DNA from: Candidatus Undinarchaeota archaeon
Lineage (GTDB): Archaea; Undinarchaeota; Undinarchaeia; Undinarchaeales; UBA543
Assembly: GCA_964567575.1 (NCBI GenBank)
Contig: CAZMMZ010000009.1
Location: 1 to 49,384 of the forward strand
Reading direction: 5' to 3'
DNA length: 49,384 nt
Shown here: positions 35,790 through 45,491 of the stretch, piece by piece
Numbering within the stretch: position 1 is the first letter of the stretch
How the letters are laid out: the number at the start of each line of letters is the position of its first letter
Made by a program: the position numbers and the translations under genes
The notes under the pieces: model-generated
Databases searched by the model: none
Told to the model about the DNA's origin: nothing
What the model saw: only the letters and a program-made list of their open reading frames with translations

Positions 35790-37913
35790 TTACAAACCTT
35801 CTCCATAAACTTTAATATAATATTTTAAAAGATTAAGATATTTTGATAAAAGTTGCTGATCTTTTTGTTTGTTTAGTCGCAGAATACCAGCATGTACTCC
35901 ATCTTCATATGGTCCTTTTATATCCAACACAAGCATTCTCTGTATAGATGACGCCATATTATGATGATATGCTACTTTTATTGCTTTTTTATTTACCATC
36001 TTGTATGCATTCTCTAATCCTTCAGCATAATCAAGTCCAAGAACAGCTAAAAGATGGTTTAATTTTAGTATTGTTCTTTTTGCATCTTGTTTCTTACTTA
36101 GGCCAAGTTCTGTCATTATTTCACTAAGTTTTTCTTGATTTGGATCTTCCCCTTCTTCTATTTTATCAAGTCGTGTTTGGATGAGTACTTTGACACGCTT
36201 GTATTCTTCATCCTTGACTTTTTTTACAAGTTCTTGTATTTCTTCAAGTTCAAATGCATCATAATGTTTGATAAGTAATTTGAAAAGTAGGTTGTTTAAA
36301 TCTCTGAGTTTTTCTAATTCTCTTTTTTCTGCATACGTTTCAATTAATTCTAAATATCTTGGTTTGTTTACAAATAATATTTTTCCTATTTTTAGTTTAG
36401 GATTCTTCCTCTCGTGTTTCACAATTTCTTGTGCTCTTTCAACTATCTGCTTTGCATGTTTAATGCTACTAATGTATGTTCTCTGTACTTCTTGTTCATT
36501 CTTTAATTGATCTAACAGTTTTTCAAGTTTTTTTACATTTCGATCTTCTAAAAGCGCTTCAAGAATTTTTTCAAACTTCTCTTTATTCGTTTTAAATTGT
36601 TTAATTAGAAGCGCTCCTTTTAGATTTTTATACACATGTAAGAATCTAGAATGTCTGGCAATTGCTTCTCTTCGCATGTCTTTGGTATTTTCTATGATGT
36701 TTCGTATTTCGTTTATAATCTTAAATCGCTGTTCTTTGTGTGGTATGAGTTCTTCTATCGTTATTGTTTTCGCAATTTTTTTTATTCTTTCAATAAGTTC
36801 TTCACCACCTAATGTTTCTGCTTCTTCTGCAAGATTATCTAATCTACTAAAAAAAGCCTTTGTGATTCTTTCTCCTTTTTTTCTTTCTCGTACTTTTTCT
36901 GTTACCTCTCTTCCAATTCTATTTATTATTGTATGGCAAGTTTCTTTTATTTTTTTAAGAAGGAGTTTATCATCTTTTTCAGTTTTTAATAATAATAGCA
37001 AGGCTTTAGGTGTTTTAATATTTCTGTTTATTTTTTCATTTATCTCTTGTAAAATTTTCGAGTCTTCAACACCAAGGTTTTTTATATCTTTAATCAAATG
37101 TATTATGTCTTTTACTCTATCTGTTTTTTTTTCGTTTTCTATTTTTTCAATTTTTTTATCAATGCTTTCATTTTCTTTTGTTAAAGTTTCAAGAATTTTT
37201 AATGTTGTGTCCTTTTTTGTAGTAAGTTCTCTAACAAGTGCATTAAACGCACCTTCCAGTGCATTTTTCCAGTGATCTGGATAATACCTATCTATGTGTA
37301 TTGTCATCTTCTTCTTTAATTCGTCTGTTAGTTCAGTCTCGCCTCTGACATAGTTTTTAGTATAACTTCTTTTTTTTGAGTCTTTAGATCGTCTTGTTAT
37401 ATAATAGTCAGCCATTGCACGGTCATTTATGTCTTTTAGTTCTTCATCAGTCATTTCATTTTCAATTATGTCAAATAGAACATTTCCTGAATTTTCGTTT
37501 CTTGTTTGTATTCTTTTTAATATATTATGATAAAAATATTCAAGTGTAACTGTTTTAGGTTCTTTTTTCAGAAGTTGTAGGTCAATGTTTTTTATTTTTC
37601 TTAGCTTTCTTATAAGAATTGTATTAATTCCTGTTTTTTTCATTTCTTCTTGGATATATAAATCCGCAGTTTGTTTTATTATTTCATTAGATGCCTTTTC
37701 ACTTTTACCCCGTTTTCTTATTTTATGTTTTACCATTTTTTCAATTCTTTTCTCTCTGTTTAATGTCAAATCCATTTTTGGAAAAAAATCTTTTGTAAAA
37801 TATTGTTTAAGTGTAGTATTGTATTCAAGAAGAATATCTAACTTATCTAAAAAATCATGGTTTTTTTTAAGTTTCTTTATGATTTCTCTTTTTTCACTTT
37901 TTAATTTACTCAT
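35790..37913 (-). CDS. Large Lys/Glu-rich hypothetical protein, paralog family member B
   Basis: 707 aa; ends YIKVYGEGL (compare YKKVYGEGV in member A). Confidence 0.75.
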   Translation of the reverse strand: MSKLKSEKREIIKKLKKNHDFLDKLDILLEYNTTLKQYFTKDFFPKMDLTLNREKRIEKMVKHKIRKRGKSEKASNEIIKQTADLYIQEEMKKTGINTILIRKLRKIKNIDLQLLKKEPKTVTLEYFYHNILKRIQTRNENSGNVLFDIIENEMTDEELKDINDRAMADYYITRRSKDSKKRSYTKNYVRGETELTDELKKKMTIHIDRYYPDHWKNALEGAFNALVRELTTKKDTTLKILETLTKENESIDKKIEKIENEKKTDRVKDIIHLIKDIKNLGVEDSKILQEINEKINRNIKTPKALLLLLKTEKDDKLLLKKIKETCHTIINRIGREVTEKVRERKKGERITKAFFSRLDNLAEEAETLGGEELIERIKKIAKTITIEELIPHKEQRFKIINEIRNIIENTKDMRREAIARHSRFLHVYKNLKGALLIKQFKTNKEKFEKILEALLEDRNVKKLEKLLDQLKNEQEVQRTYISSIKHAKQIVERAQEIVKHERKNPKLKIGKILFVNKPRYLELIETYAEKRELEKLRDLNNLLFKLLIKHYDAFELEEIQELVKKVKDEEYKRVKVLIQTRLDKIEEGEDPNQEKLSEIMTELGLSKKQDAKRTILKLNHLLAVLGLDYAEGLENAYKMVNKKAIKVAYHHNMASSIQRMLVLDIKGPYEDGVHAGILRLNKQKDQQLLSKYLNLLKYYIKVYGEGL

Positions 37914-37916
37914 ATT

Positions 37917-40034
37917 TTAATTACCTCTGTAAATGTGGTTATAGCATTTTAGTAGTTCCATATTATCTTTGAGTGCGTTTCTTTCTTGTTTTTCTAATTT
38001 GAATGTGTATGCGCTCACTTGACGCTCTAATGGTCCGTATATGTGTATTTTTGCAAGTCGCATAAGCGAGGTTCCGAGTCGGTGATTATCTTTTATTGTT
38101 ACTGATTTTCCTGCTATTAATTTTGCTACATTTTCTTTACCGTCATTATACCCTCCTCCAAGTTCTGCTAACAGAGCGTCTATTCTTCTTATCCATAATC
38201 TGAGTGATGTTTCAGTTGTTAAATCAAATCGTTCTTTAAGTTCATTCAATTGAGTTTCAATTGGGTCTTCTTTTATATCCAGTTCTTTCAGATGATTTTT
38301 AATTGCAGTATCTATTTTCCTGTATCTCTCCTGCTTTATTTCTAATATATAATCTAGTATCGCATCTGGTGTGAAATGCTTGTAATTTTGTATAAGCAAA
38401 CTTCCTAAGAGTTTGTTTAATTGAATTGCGTCACTGAATGTTGGATCATTTTCTGAATCCCATTTTTTTGTATATTCTTTCAAAAGATTTGGATAAGTTG
38501 GATCTTTTGTGAAAAGGAATATTGCAATTTTCTTTTTCCCAGGGTCTTTAATTGCAGTTGGAGATGCAATTGCCATGTGTATTTTTGTGGCTGTTCCCAT
38601 TAGGTTCAGCATATTCATCTGCGCTTCATTTGCATTTGATATTTTTCCCAGAAGTTCTTCACTCTTTTTTATATCCAGTTCTTTTTTTATTTCTTTCAAC
38701 CAGTTCTTTGCTTGTTTCTTATTATCTTTTAGTTGTGAATCTAGTAATCCTTTCCCTTTGCCTTCTCTTTTCTTTTTTCTGTTATCATATTTTTTCTCAA
38801 AACGTTTGTATCGTATTTCTGCATCCTCTTGTATCTCTTTTATTTTTATTATCCGATCTTCAAAATCTTTTAAAGCAATTCTTATAAATTCCGGATTTTT
38901 GTCTTTATCCTCTATTACACTTCTATACTCCTCTAGTGTATCAAGATCACAGAATTGTATTGCCTCTGCCCATATACCATTTAGTTGTTTCTCCATCTTA
39001 GCTCTTTTTCTTTTTTCATCTGCACCTTCTCTTTTCTCTTTTTCTTCTTTTTTGTCAAATATGTTTTTTATTGTTAGAAGTTCTTTTTTTAGTCTGTTCA
39101 GTTGCTTTTTCTCACTTGTGTCTATTGCAGTTTTTATATTGTCTATTGTATTAACTTTAATTTGAAGAGATTCTTTTGTAATACGTATTATTTTCTTTTC
39201 TTCAGTTCCTTTCTCCAAAAGAGAATTAATAAGTTCTTTTAGAATTGTTTTCTTGATATTTTGTGAGTTTTCTTTTTGTTTTATAATATTTCCCTGCAGT
39301 TCCTCAATTTTTTTTGTGGTAGTTTCTATTTTTCTTTCTAGTTCTTTTTCTTTTTCGAGTATTTCCTGTTCAATTTCTTTGAATACTATAGTGCTTGCAT
39401 TGATCCATTTTTGTGGATAATAATCTTCTTCTTTTGGAAGTTCTTTATCTGGTACTATGGATTTTAGACTTCCTGTTTTAAAATACTTTCCAAGTTGTAT
39501 TGGAACTTTTTTAGTGCCTTGCATGGCGCCATAAGCGTTATCTTGTTGGATAGTTGGATTTTCATGTGGTTTGCGTATTTTTTTAATAATATTTTGGTAA
39601 AAATAGAAAAATGAAACACTTAATGGATCTTCTTTAAAATATTCGATGTCAATGTCTTTTAATTTTTTATTTTTTATTTGTAATAAGATTTTAATATCTA
39701 AGCCAAGTTCTTTTTTTATCTCTCGTTCTTCCTGTTTGAGCTCATCTCTCATTGATTGTACCATTCTTATTCCAAGTTTATCCATCATTCTTGATCCAAT
39801 TTTCAATTTCTCAATTTTAAGTTTCATTTTCATATAATCTGAAAATGTACTGTCAATTATTGGGAATAAGTCTCCCTCCTCAAAAATTTCTTGTATGTTA
39901 CTAATGTAGTTTATAATGGTCTTTATTTTTATTAGCTCGCTGCTATATGTTCGCCTTTCCTTGTTTTTATCCTTCTTTGCAGTTTCCAGTTTTTTTATAC
40001 CTTTTTTCACTGCTGAGCTGATTGTTTTTGCCAT
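37917..40034 (-). CDS. Large Lys/Glu-rich hypothetical protein, paralog family member C
   Basis: 705 aa, tandem with B (3-nt gap); DGKENV and NHRLGTSLMRL match the family motifs. Confidence 0.75.
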   Translation of the reverse strand: MAKTISSAVKKGIKKLETAKKDKNKERRTYSSELIKIKTIINYISNIQEIFEEGDLFPIIDSTFSDYMKMKLKIEKLKIGSRMMDKLGIRMVQSMRDELKQEEREIKKELGLDIKILLQIKNKKLKDIDIEYFKEDPLSVSFFYFYQNIIKKIRKPHENPTIQQDNAYGAMQGTKKVPIQLGKYFKTGSLKSIVPDKELPKEEDYYPQKWINASTIVFKEIEQEILEKEKELERKIETTTKKIEELQGNIIKQKENSQNIKKTILKELINSLLEKGTEEKKIIRITKESLQIKVNTIDNIKTAIDTSEKKQLNRLKKELLTIKNIFDKKEEKEKREGADEKRKRAKMEKQLNGIWAEAIQFCDLDTLEEYRSVIEDKDKNPEFIRIALKDFEDRIIKIKEIQEDAEIRYKRFEKKYDNRKKKREGKGKGLLDSQLKDNKKQAKNWLKEIKKELDIKKSEELLGKISNANEAQMNMLNLMGTATKIHMAIASPTAIKDPGKKKIAIFLFTKDPTYPNLLKEYTKKWDSENDPTFSDAIQLNKLLGSLLIQNYKHFTPDAILDYILEIKQERYRKIDTAIKNHLKELDIKEDPIETQLNELKERFDLTTETSLRLWIRRIDALLAELGGGYNDGKENVAKLIAGKSVTIKDNHRLGTSLMRLAKIHIYGPLERQVSAYTFKLEKQERNALKDNMELLKCYNHIYRGN

Positions 40035-40097
40035 AGTATAGTAAACTAAAAGTACTTCTTCTGTTTTATATTCTTTGCAATGGCTTCAGCCTCTAAT

Positions 40098-41279
40098 ATG
40101 TGCATTTTATGTAAGGGTTCGCGCGCATTGTGCGGACATACTAATTGTCCTAGGTTAGCTGCTGTTAAAATCGCTCCGAAAATTAATGAGAAAATCGATA
40201 AGGATTTCTTTGGACCATCGCCAAGTGTTTTTGTTGGACGTGTTGGATATCCTCAAGTTAATGTCGGTCCAATGGGAACTTTTGAAATGTCGCATCATCA
40301 AAATGATAATCCTTCTGAATGGATTGATTTGGATTATAATTCTATTATTGAACTTCGAACAACTCTTCTTCGTTCCAAAAAGAAACAAAATATTTTTTCA
40401 AAGAATTATTTTATTGAAGAAAATCAACAACTTGCAATGGCGTCGCAGCCTACTGATATTGAGATGAATTTCAATAAAAAACCAGAATACAAACTTTCTT
40501 TTTCTGAAAGCATTCATCCAATGGGTCCAACAGCTTCACTGCAAAAAATGCGAATTACTGAAAATCCGAAAATAAATAGTAAAGTCGATTACATTGTTGA
40601 AGATGATTTGAAAGCAGCGGATCAAGCAGTTTCACTTTTCAATACAAATATTGATGTTTACAAAATCACAAATATTCTTTCAATTGGTTCACTTGGATTA
40701 GATAAAAGAAAAAAACTTGTCCCAACGCGATGGAGTATTACTGCAACTGATGATATTATTGGAAAGAATCTTATTGAAAAAATAAAAGATTATCCAAGTG
40801 TTAATGAATTTCTGGTTTTTGAATCAGATAAATTAGATAATAAATTTTTAGTAATGTTAATGCCTGGTAATTGGGAATTTGAAAACTTTGAGGCATGGGC
40901 TCCTGGTGGAATTTGGACGCAGGGTTTAACAAATTCTTTTATTACCGAAGAGTTTGAACTTTGGAGCGGACGCAAGAAATACGCAGACAAGCAAGCAGGT
41001 GGTTATTATGCAAGTCGTCTTGGTGTTGTTGAAGCACTGAATGAATTTAGACGACAAGCAAGAGTTGTTGTGTTCAGAGAAATTAATGAAGGCTATGTTG
41101 TTCCACTTGGTGTTTGGCAAGTTCGTGAGAATGTTCGAAGTGCTCTCAGAGAAATGCCAATGAAATTTGATACAAGAGAATCAGCATTGAAACATATTGA
41201 ATCAAAACTTAAATTGCCTCTAAGTGATTATGTTGATAAAAGCAGATTACTGCGACAAAGCAGACTTAATGACTTCTAA
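40098..41279 (+). CDS. nreA: Archaeal DNA repair protein NreA
   Basis: C..CKG...LCG...CP, SP.SVFVGR.GYP.V..GP, VPTRWSITATD, GGYYASRL, PLGVWQVRE and C-terminal PIP box QSRLNDF. Confidence 0.93.
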   Translation: MCILCKGSRALCGHTNCPRLAAVKIAPKINEKIDKDFFGPSPSVFVGRVGYPQVNVGPMGTFEMSHHQNDNPSEWIDLDYNSIIELRTTLLRSKKKQNIFSKNYFIEENQQLAMASQPTDIEMNFNKKPEYKLSFSESIHPMGPTASLQKMRITENPKINSKVDYIVEDDLKAADQAVSLFNTNIDVYKITNILSIGSLGLDKRKKLVPTRWSITATDDIIGKNLIEKIKDYPSVNEFLVFESDKLDNKFLVMLMPGNWEFENFEAWAPGGIWTQGLTNSFITEEFELWSGRKKYADKQAGGYYASRLGVVEALNEFRRQARVVVFREINEGYVVPLGVWQVRENVRSALREMPMKFDTRESALKHIESKLKLPLSDYVDKSRLLRQSRLNDF

Positions 41280-42314
41280 TTCATTTGCTTTCAAAACACC
41301 TTTGTCTGTAATGTAACCTGTAATGTATTTCGCTGGTGTTACATCAAACGCAGGGTTGCGTGCTTTTGATTCTGGATTTGCAATTCTAATGTTTCCACCT
41401 TTACCCCACATATTTGTAACTTCCTCTTCATCTCGTTCTTCAATTGGTATATCATCTCCAGTTTTACATTCATAATCATAAGTGTTTGATGGAATTGCAA
41501 CATAAAATGGAATTCCATTTTCTTTTGCAACAACTGCTTTCTCATAAGTTCCAATCTTATTAGCAACATCTCCATTGCGTGCAACTCTATCGGCTCCTAC
41601 AATACAAAGATTAACTTCTCCTTTTCTCATGTAATGCCCTGCAGCATTATCAGCAATAACTGCATGATCAATTGCTTCATGGGACATTTCCCATGCTGTG
41701 AGGCGCGCGCCTTGACATCGTGGTCGAGTTTCATCAACCCAAACAAAATTCTTTTTACCTGCGCGTTTTGCCATGTAAATTGGTGCAGTTGCTGTTCCCC
41801 ATTCAACGCACGCTAGCCAGCCGGCATTACAATGAGTTAAAATTTTATCACCATCTTTGATTAGTTTATTTCCGTTTTCTCCAATTAATCTGCAACGTTC
41901 AATATAATTTCGAGAAATATTTTCTGCTTCTGCAACAGCGCGTTCTTTACTAGCTTCTGGATCCCAATTTGTTTGATTCAATACACTAAGAACTTGGTCA
42001 ACTCCGTGCGCTAAATCAATAGCAGTCGGCCTTGCTTTTTTGATATACTCAGCAGCTTTTTCCATATGCTCTTTGAAATCTCCATCTTTGTATTCAAGAA
42101 CTGCTTGTGCAGTTGCAAATGCTGCAGTTGCTCCAATTGCTGGAGCTCCTCGAACAATCATAGTTGTAATTGCATCTGTAGTTTCCTTGTAAGTTGAAAA
42201 TCTTTTCAGTGCAAATTCAAAAGGAAGCTTTGGCTGGTCAATCATAACAACTTCTGGCTGTTCGAACCAGACAGTTTTCATTTCCTGCTCTTCTCCTTTT
42301 ATTGTTACTCTCAT
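41247..42314 (-). CDS. mtnA: S-methyl-5-thioribose-1-phosphate isomerase (eIF2B-like family)
   Basis: MIVRGAPAIG, RPTA, LTHCNAGWLA, DETRP..QGARLT, GADR, NKIGTY, NPAFDVTP. Confidence 0.9.
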   Translation of the reverse strand: MRVTIKGEEQEMKTVWFEQPEVVMIDQPKLPFEFALKRFSTYKETTDAITTMIVRGAPAIGATAAFATAQAVLEYKDGDFKEHMEKAAEYIKKARPTAIDLAHGVDQVLSVLNQTNWDPEASKERAVAEAENISRNYIERCRLIGENGNKLIKDGDKILTHCNAGWLACVEWGTATAPIYMAKRAGKKNFVWVDETRPRCQGARLTAWEMSHEAIDHAVIADNAAGHYMRKGEVNLCIVGADRVARNGDVANKIGTYEKAVVAKENGIPFYVAIPSNTYDYECKTGDDIPIEERDEEEVTNMWGKGGNIRIANPESKARNPAFDVTPAKYITGYITDKGVLKANELEVIKSALSQ

Positions 42315-42352
42315 AGCAAATTCTTTTATATGATTGTATAAATTGTTTTCTA

Positions 42353-43276
42353 ATGAAGTTTAAATCAAAAGTATTCCTTGCGCCAATGGCTGGCTTCACA
42401 GATATTGCATATCGTGCACTGTGCAAGAAATACGGGGCCGGAATGGTTTTCTCAGAAATGGTTAATGCTACTGCAGTTTGTCGCAATAATCAATCAACAC
42501 TTCGACTTGCTTCAACGTGCAAAGAGGAAAAACCAGTTGCTGTGCAATTGTTTGGCTCACGCACAAAAGAAATTGCAGAAGCTGCAAAAATTCTAGAACC
42601 GCAAGTTGATGCATTTGACTTTAATTTCGGATGCCCGGATCAGCAGATTGTTAATCAAGGTGCTGGTGCAGCGCTTCTCAAACGTCCTTCAAAAATCAAA
42701 GAAATTATTTCAGCATTAACTGAAGCTGTCAAAGTTCCGGTATCTGGAAAAATTCGTATTGGTATTACTAATCAAATTCGTAATCCAGTTAAAACAGCGA
42801 AGATGATTGAAGCTGGTGGTGCATGGGCAGTTGGGGTGCATGGTCGAACATTAGGGCAAGGTTATGCTGGAAAAGCTGATTGGACTGCAATTAAAGAAGT
42901 AAAAGATAATGTTGGAATTTCTGTTATTGGAAACGGAGATATTGTAAGTGGTGAAACTGCACAGAAAATGTTTGATGAAACTGGGTGTGATTATGTAATG
43001 ATTGGACGCGCTGCAATGGGTGATCCAAGTATTTTCAAAAGAATTAATTCTTATTTGAAAACCGGAGTTGAACTTCCGGTTCCAGAAAAGAAAGACAAAA
43101 TCAAGATGCTGCAAGAGTATTTGAAGCTCACAAAGAAATACAAGTTAACTCGTTTCCAAGATATTAAACGACATTCACACGCGTTCCTAACAAATTTTGA
43201 AGGTGCAGTTAATATTCGCAGAGAAATAAATCAATGTGAGGATACTGATTCTCTTATTAACATAATTTCCCAGTAA
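42353..43276 (+). CDS. dusB: tRNA-dihydrouridine synthase (DusB-like)
   Basis: LAPMAG.TD..YR, VQLFG, NFGCP, GAGAALL, KIR.G, VHGRT, IGNGDI, VMIGRAA. Confidence 0.93.
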   Translation: MKFKSKVFLAPMAGFTDIAYRALCKKYGAGMVFSEMVNATAVCRNNQSTLRLASTCKEEKPVAVQLFGSRTKEIAEAAKILEPQVDAFDFNFGCPDQQIVNQGAGAALLKRPSKIKEIISALTEAVKVPVSGKIRIGITNQIRNPVKTAKMIEAGGAWAVGVHGRTLGQGYAGKADWTAIKEVKDNVGISVIGNGDIVSGETAQKMFDETGCDYVMIGRAAMGDPSIFKRINSYLKTGVELPVPEKKDKIKMLQEYLKLTKKYKLTRFQDIKRHSHAFLTNFEGAVNIRREINQCEDTDSLINIISQ

Positions 43277-43318
43277 CCACAAGTTTTATATTCAAACATT
43301 GTAATCAAAATCTCTTAT

Positions 43319-43394
43319 GCCTTGATAGCTCAGTCGGTAGAGCGCTACCTTGGTAAGGTAGAGGTCGGGAGTTCAATTCTCCCTCAAGGCTCCA
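43319..43394 (+). tRNA. tRNA-Thr(GGT), no intron, CCA encoded
   Basis: Acceptor GCCTTGA/TCAAGGC, D-arm GCTC/GAGC, anticodon arm CTACC-TTGGTAA-GGTAG, T-arm GGGAG-TTCAATT-CTCCC, U73 plus CCA. Confidence 0.97.
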
Positions 43395-43442
43395 TTCTTT
43401 CTCTTAGTTACACATAAATATCATTAAGTTGTTAATAAAAAT

Positions 43443-44300
43443 ATGACAGATGCAGGTTTATATTCAAAAAACAAACTCGCTTCTCCTTATACTATGATTG
43501 GTGCCAAACGTGAGCAGAGAAAAAAAGGAGCAGTTCTTCTTCATTGTCCTTCAATGGGTCAAATTGAAGAAGCTTGTTACAATATTGCTAAATATATTCT
43601 TAAAAGAAAAATAAAAATTCATACTATTATTGCTCCTGCCCGTGGTGGCTGGATTCCTGCTCGTATTGTCTGCGATTTTCTTGGTCAGTGCGAAGAAGTT
43701 GAAATAAAAGACCAAAAGCTCATGATATTCAACTCTCCTAATCTTGTTAATATTGGTGTTAAGAGATACGGTCCTCTTGAAGGAAATCAACTTAATATTT
43801 ATCAAGATATTTCTGAAGAAACACAAGAACGTGATATAATTGGGAAAAATGTTCTCATAGTTGATGATGTTTTTGATGCTGGAGAAACTCTTCGCAGACT
43901 TCATATCCATATAAAAAAGATGAAACCTTCAAAGTTAGTTGTTTCAGCTGTTTACAAAAAAGCGCGGCCATATGGTCATTTTAGTTTGGATCCAGACAAA
44001 CGTGATGAGATCAGGTCCGCCAGGAAACAGGCAGATGATTATTTTGGTAAAAGAATTCTTTTCGGATCCGTTCTCAAAGCTGATCAAGTCTGGACCATAT
44101 TCCCATGGGAAGCAAAGGAAGGAAGGTTAGCTTCATATGCTGTTTTAGATGGTGGTGGAGATAAAACAATCTTTCTTGATCAATCTTTACATAAAGTTAA
44201 GATTAATACTCATGCGTTTTCAAAGAAGTTAAATGATGATATTCTTGAAGAAGCAGCTAAGTTAAAAGCATATAACGAAAAAAAAATAAAGGATGATTAA
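43443..44300 (+). CDS. Type I phosphoribosyltransferase (purine PRT-like) with terminal extensions
   Basis: APARGGWIPA, PRPP-binding loop VLIVDDVFDAGETL, W..FPWE. Confidence 0.85.
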   Translation: MTDAGLYSKNKLASPYTMIGAKREQRKKGAVLLHCPSMGQIEEACYNIAKYILKRKIKIHTIIAPARGGWIPARIVCDFLGQCEEVEIKDQKLMIFNSPNLVNIGVKRYGPLEGNQLNIYQDISEETQERDIIGKNVLIVDDVFDAGETLRRLHIHIKKMKPSKLVVSAVYKKARPYGHFSLDPDKRDEIRSARKQADDYFGKRILFGSVLKADQVWTIFPWEAKEGRLASYAVLDGGGDKTIFLDQSLHKVKINTHAFSKKLNDDILEEAAKLKAYNEKKIKDD

Positions 44301-44302
44301 TA

Positions 44303-44869
44303 ATGAAAAAAATATTGTTTATAGTTGTCCCGAATTTTCGAGACGGGGAGCTGTTTGATACAAAAGCTGCTCTTGGTAAAGATATTCATGCCCAAATCGC
44401 TAGCAACACAATGAGTTCTATTAGTGGAAGTGAAGCTTCAGAAGTTGTTCCAAATCTGTTTATTGAAAATGCAATCCCTTCTGACTTTGATGGAATCATT
44501 TTAATTGGTGGAAGTGGGATGTCTGATGTTCTTTACAATGATGCAACTACAACTCAACAAATTACTGCTCAAGTTAAAGCATTTAATTCTGCTGGAAAAC
44601 TTGTTGCTGCAATTTGCGTTTCAACAGTTGCTCTTGCAAAAGCAGGAATAATCTCAGGAAAAAAAGTAACTGGTTGGAATGGTCAAGACAATGCACAGAA
44701 AACTGAAATCGAAGCTTCTGGTGCAACATTCACTAATGAACCTGTAACAGTTGATGGAAACATTATAACTGCAAATGGCCCTGCTTCAGCAAAAGCATTT
44801 GGTGAAGCTATTAAAAATTTCTTTTCAAAGGAGGTTGCTGAAGATGCCAAAGAAAAAGACAATAACTAA
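44303..44869 (+). CDS. DJ-1/PfpI family protein
   Basis: FRDGEL, ILIGGSG, AAICVS (nucleophilic Cys), VTVDGNIITANGP. Confidence 0.92.
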   Translation: MKKILFIVVPNFRDGELFDTKAALGKDIHAQIASNTMSSISGSEASEVVPNLFIENAIPSDFDGIILIGGSGMSDVLYNDATTTQQITAQVKAFNSAGKLVAAICVSTVALAKAGIISGKKVTGWNGQDNAQKTEIEASGATFTNEPVTVDGNIITANGPASAKAFGEAIKNFFSKEVAEDAKEKDNN

Positions 44870-45491
44870 GAAGAAATCTGAACCACAAGAAAATAATTGG
44901 TGGAGAAAATATACAACAGAATATCAAGATGAGAATTTGGAAAAGAATGTATCACAAAAGAGCACTGGTTCAAGTGTTCAGAAAATCGAGCAACCTAAAA
45001 AATCTATAGTTCATTTTAATGGGAGTGATAAGCTTCCTGATATGAGTGGCGTGGCAAAGGAAATGGAAGGTATGGTTCGTGGACTTTTAAAATCAAATTT
45101 ATTTGGAAAAAATATTTTCAAAGAATCTGCAAGACCACGGTTAATTAAAATGGAAGGTAATATGTTCCGCAAACCCATTTCTGAAGTTCAAATGAAAGGA
45201 AATAAACTTCTTGTAACTGTTGAGCTTCCTGGTGTTAAAAAAGAAAATATTAAAATTCACATTGAAGGGATGAATTTGATTATTGAAGCACAGTCCAAAA
45301 CTGGGAATGAAGACAAACAACATGGCTTCTTCAGTTTCTCTAGTAGTTATACTGGTTTCAGACATATTGTCAGACTTCCAGTTCCAGTTGACAAGAAAAG
45401 TTCCAAAGCTAATTATAATTCCGGGATTCTAAAAATAATTCTCACAAAGAAAAATCAATCAAATCAAGCAGGGGATATTGATATTGAATAA
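44844..45491 (+). CDS. Small heat-shock protein (Hsp20) with long N-terminus
   Basis: Start at MPKKK after a GGAGGT SD; VELPGVKKENI, LPVPV, ANYNSGILKI; C-terminal IDIE (IxI) motif. Confidence 0.88.
   Translation: MPKKKTITKKKSEPQENNWWRKYTTEYQDENLEKNVSQKSTGSSVQKIEQPKKSIVHFNGSDKLPDMSGVAKEMEGMVRGLLKSNLFGKNIFKESARPRLIKMEGNMFRKPISEVQMKGNKLLVTVELPGVKKENIKIHIEGMNLIIEAQSKTGNEDKQHGFFSFSSSYTGFRHIVRLPVPVDKKSSKANYNSGILKIILTKKNQSNQAGDIDIE

Noticed and set aside
27852-40034. SMC/Rad50 or other ATPase identity for the ~700-aa coiled-coil proteins
   Set aside because: No Walker A/B, signature or Zn-hook motifs in any of the three.
41247-42314. Ribose-1,5-bisphosphate isomerase partner of RuBisCO
   Set aside because: The motifs (MIVRGAPAIG, HCNAGWLA, QGARLT) and length fit MtnA better; it was kept only as a weak metabolic hypothesis.
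43319-45491. Integrated element at tRNA-Thr
   Set aside because: No integrase and no duplicated tRNA 3' end seen in the window; the following genes are ordinary cellular genes.
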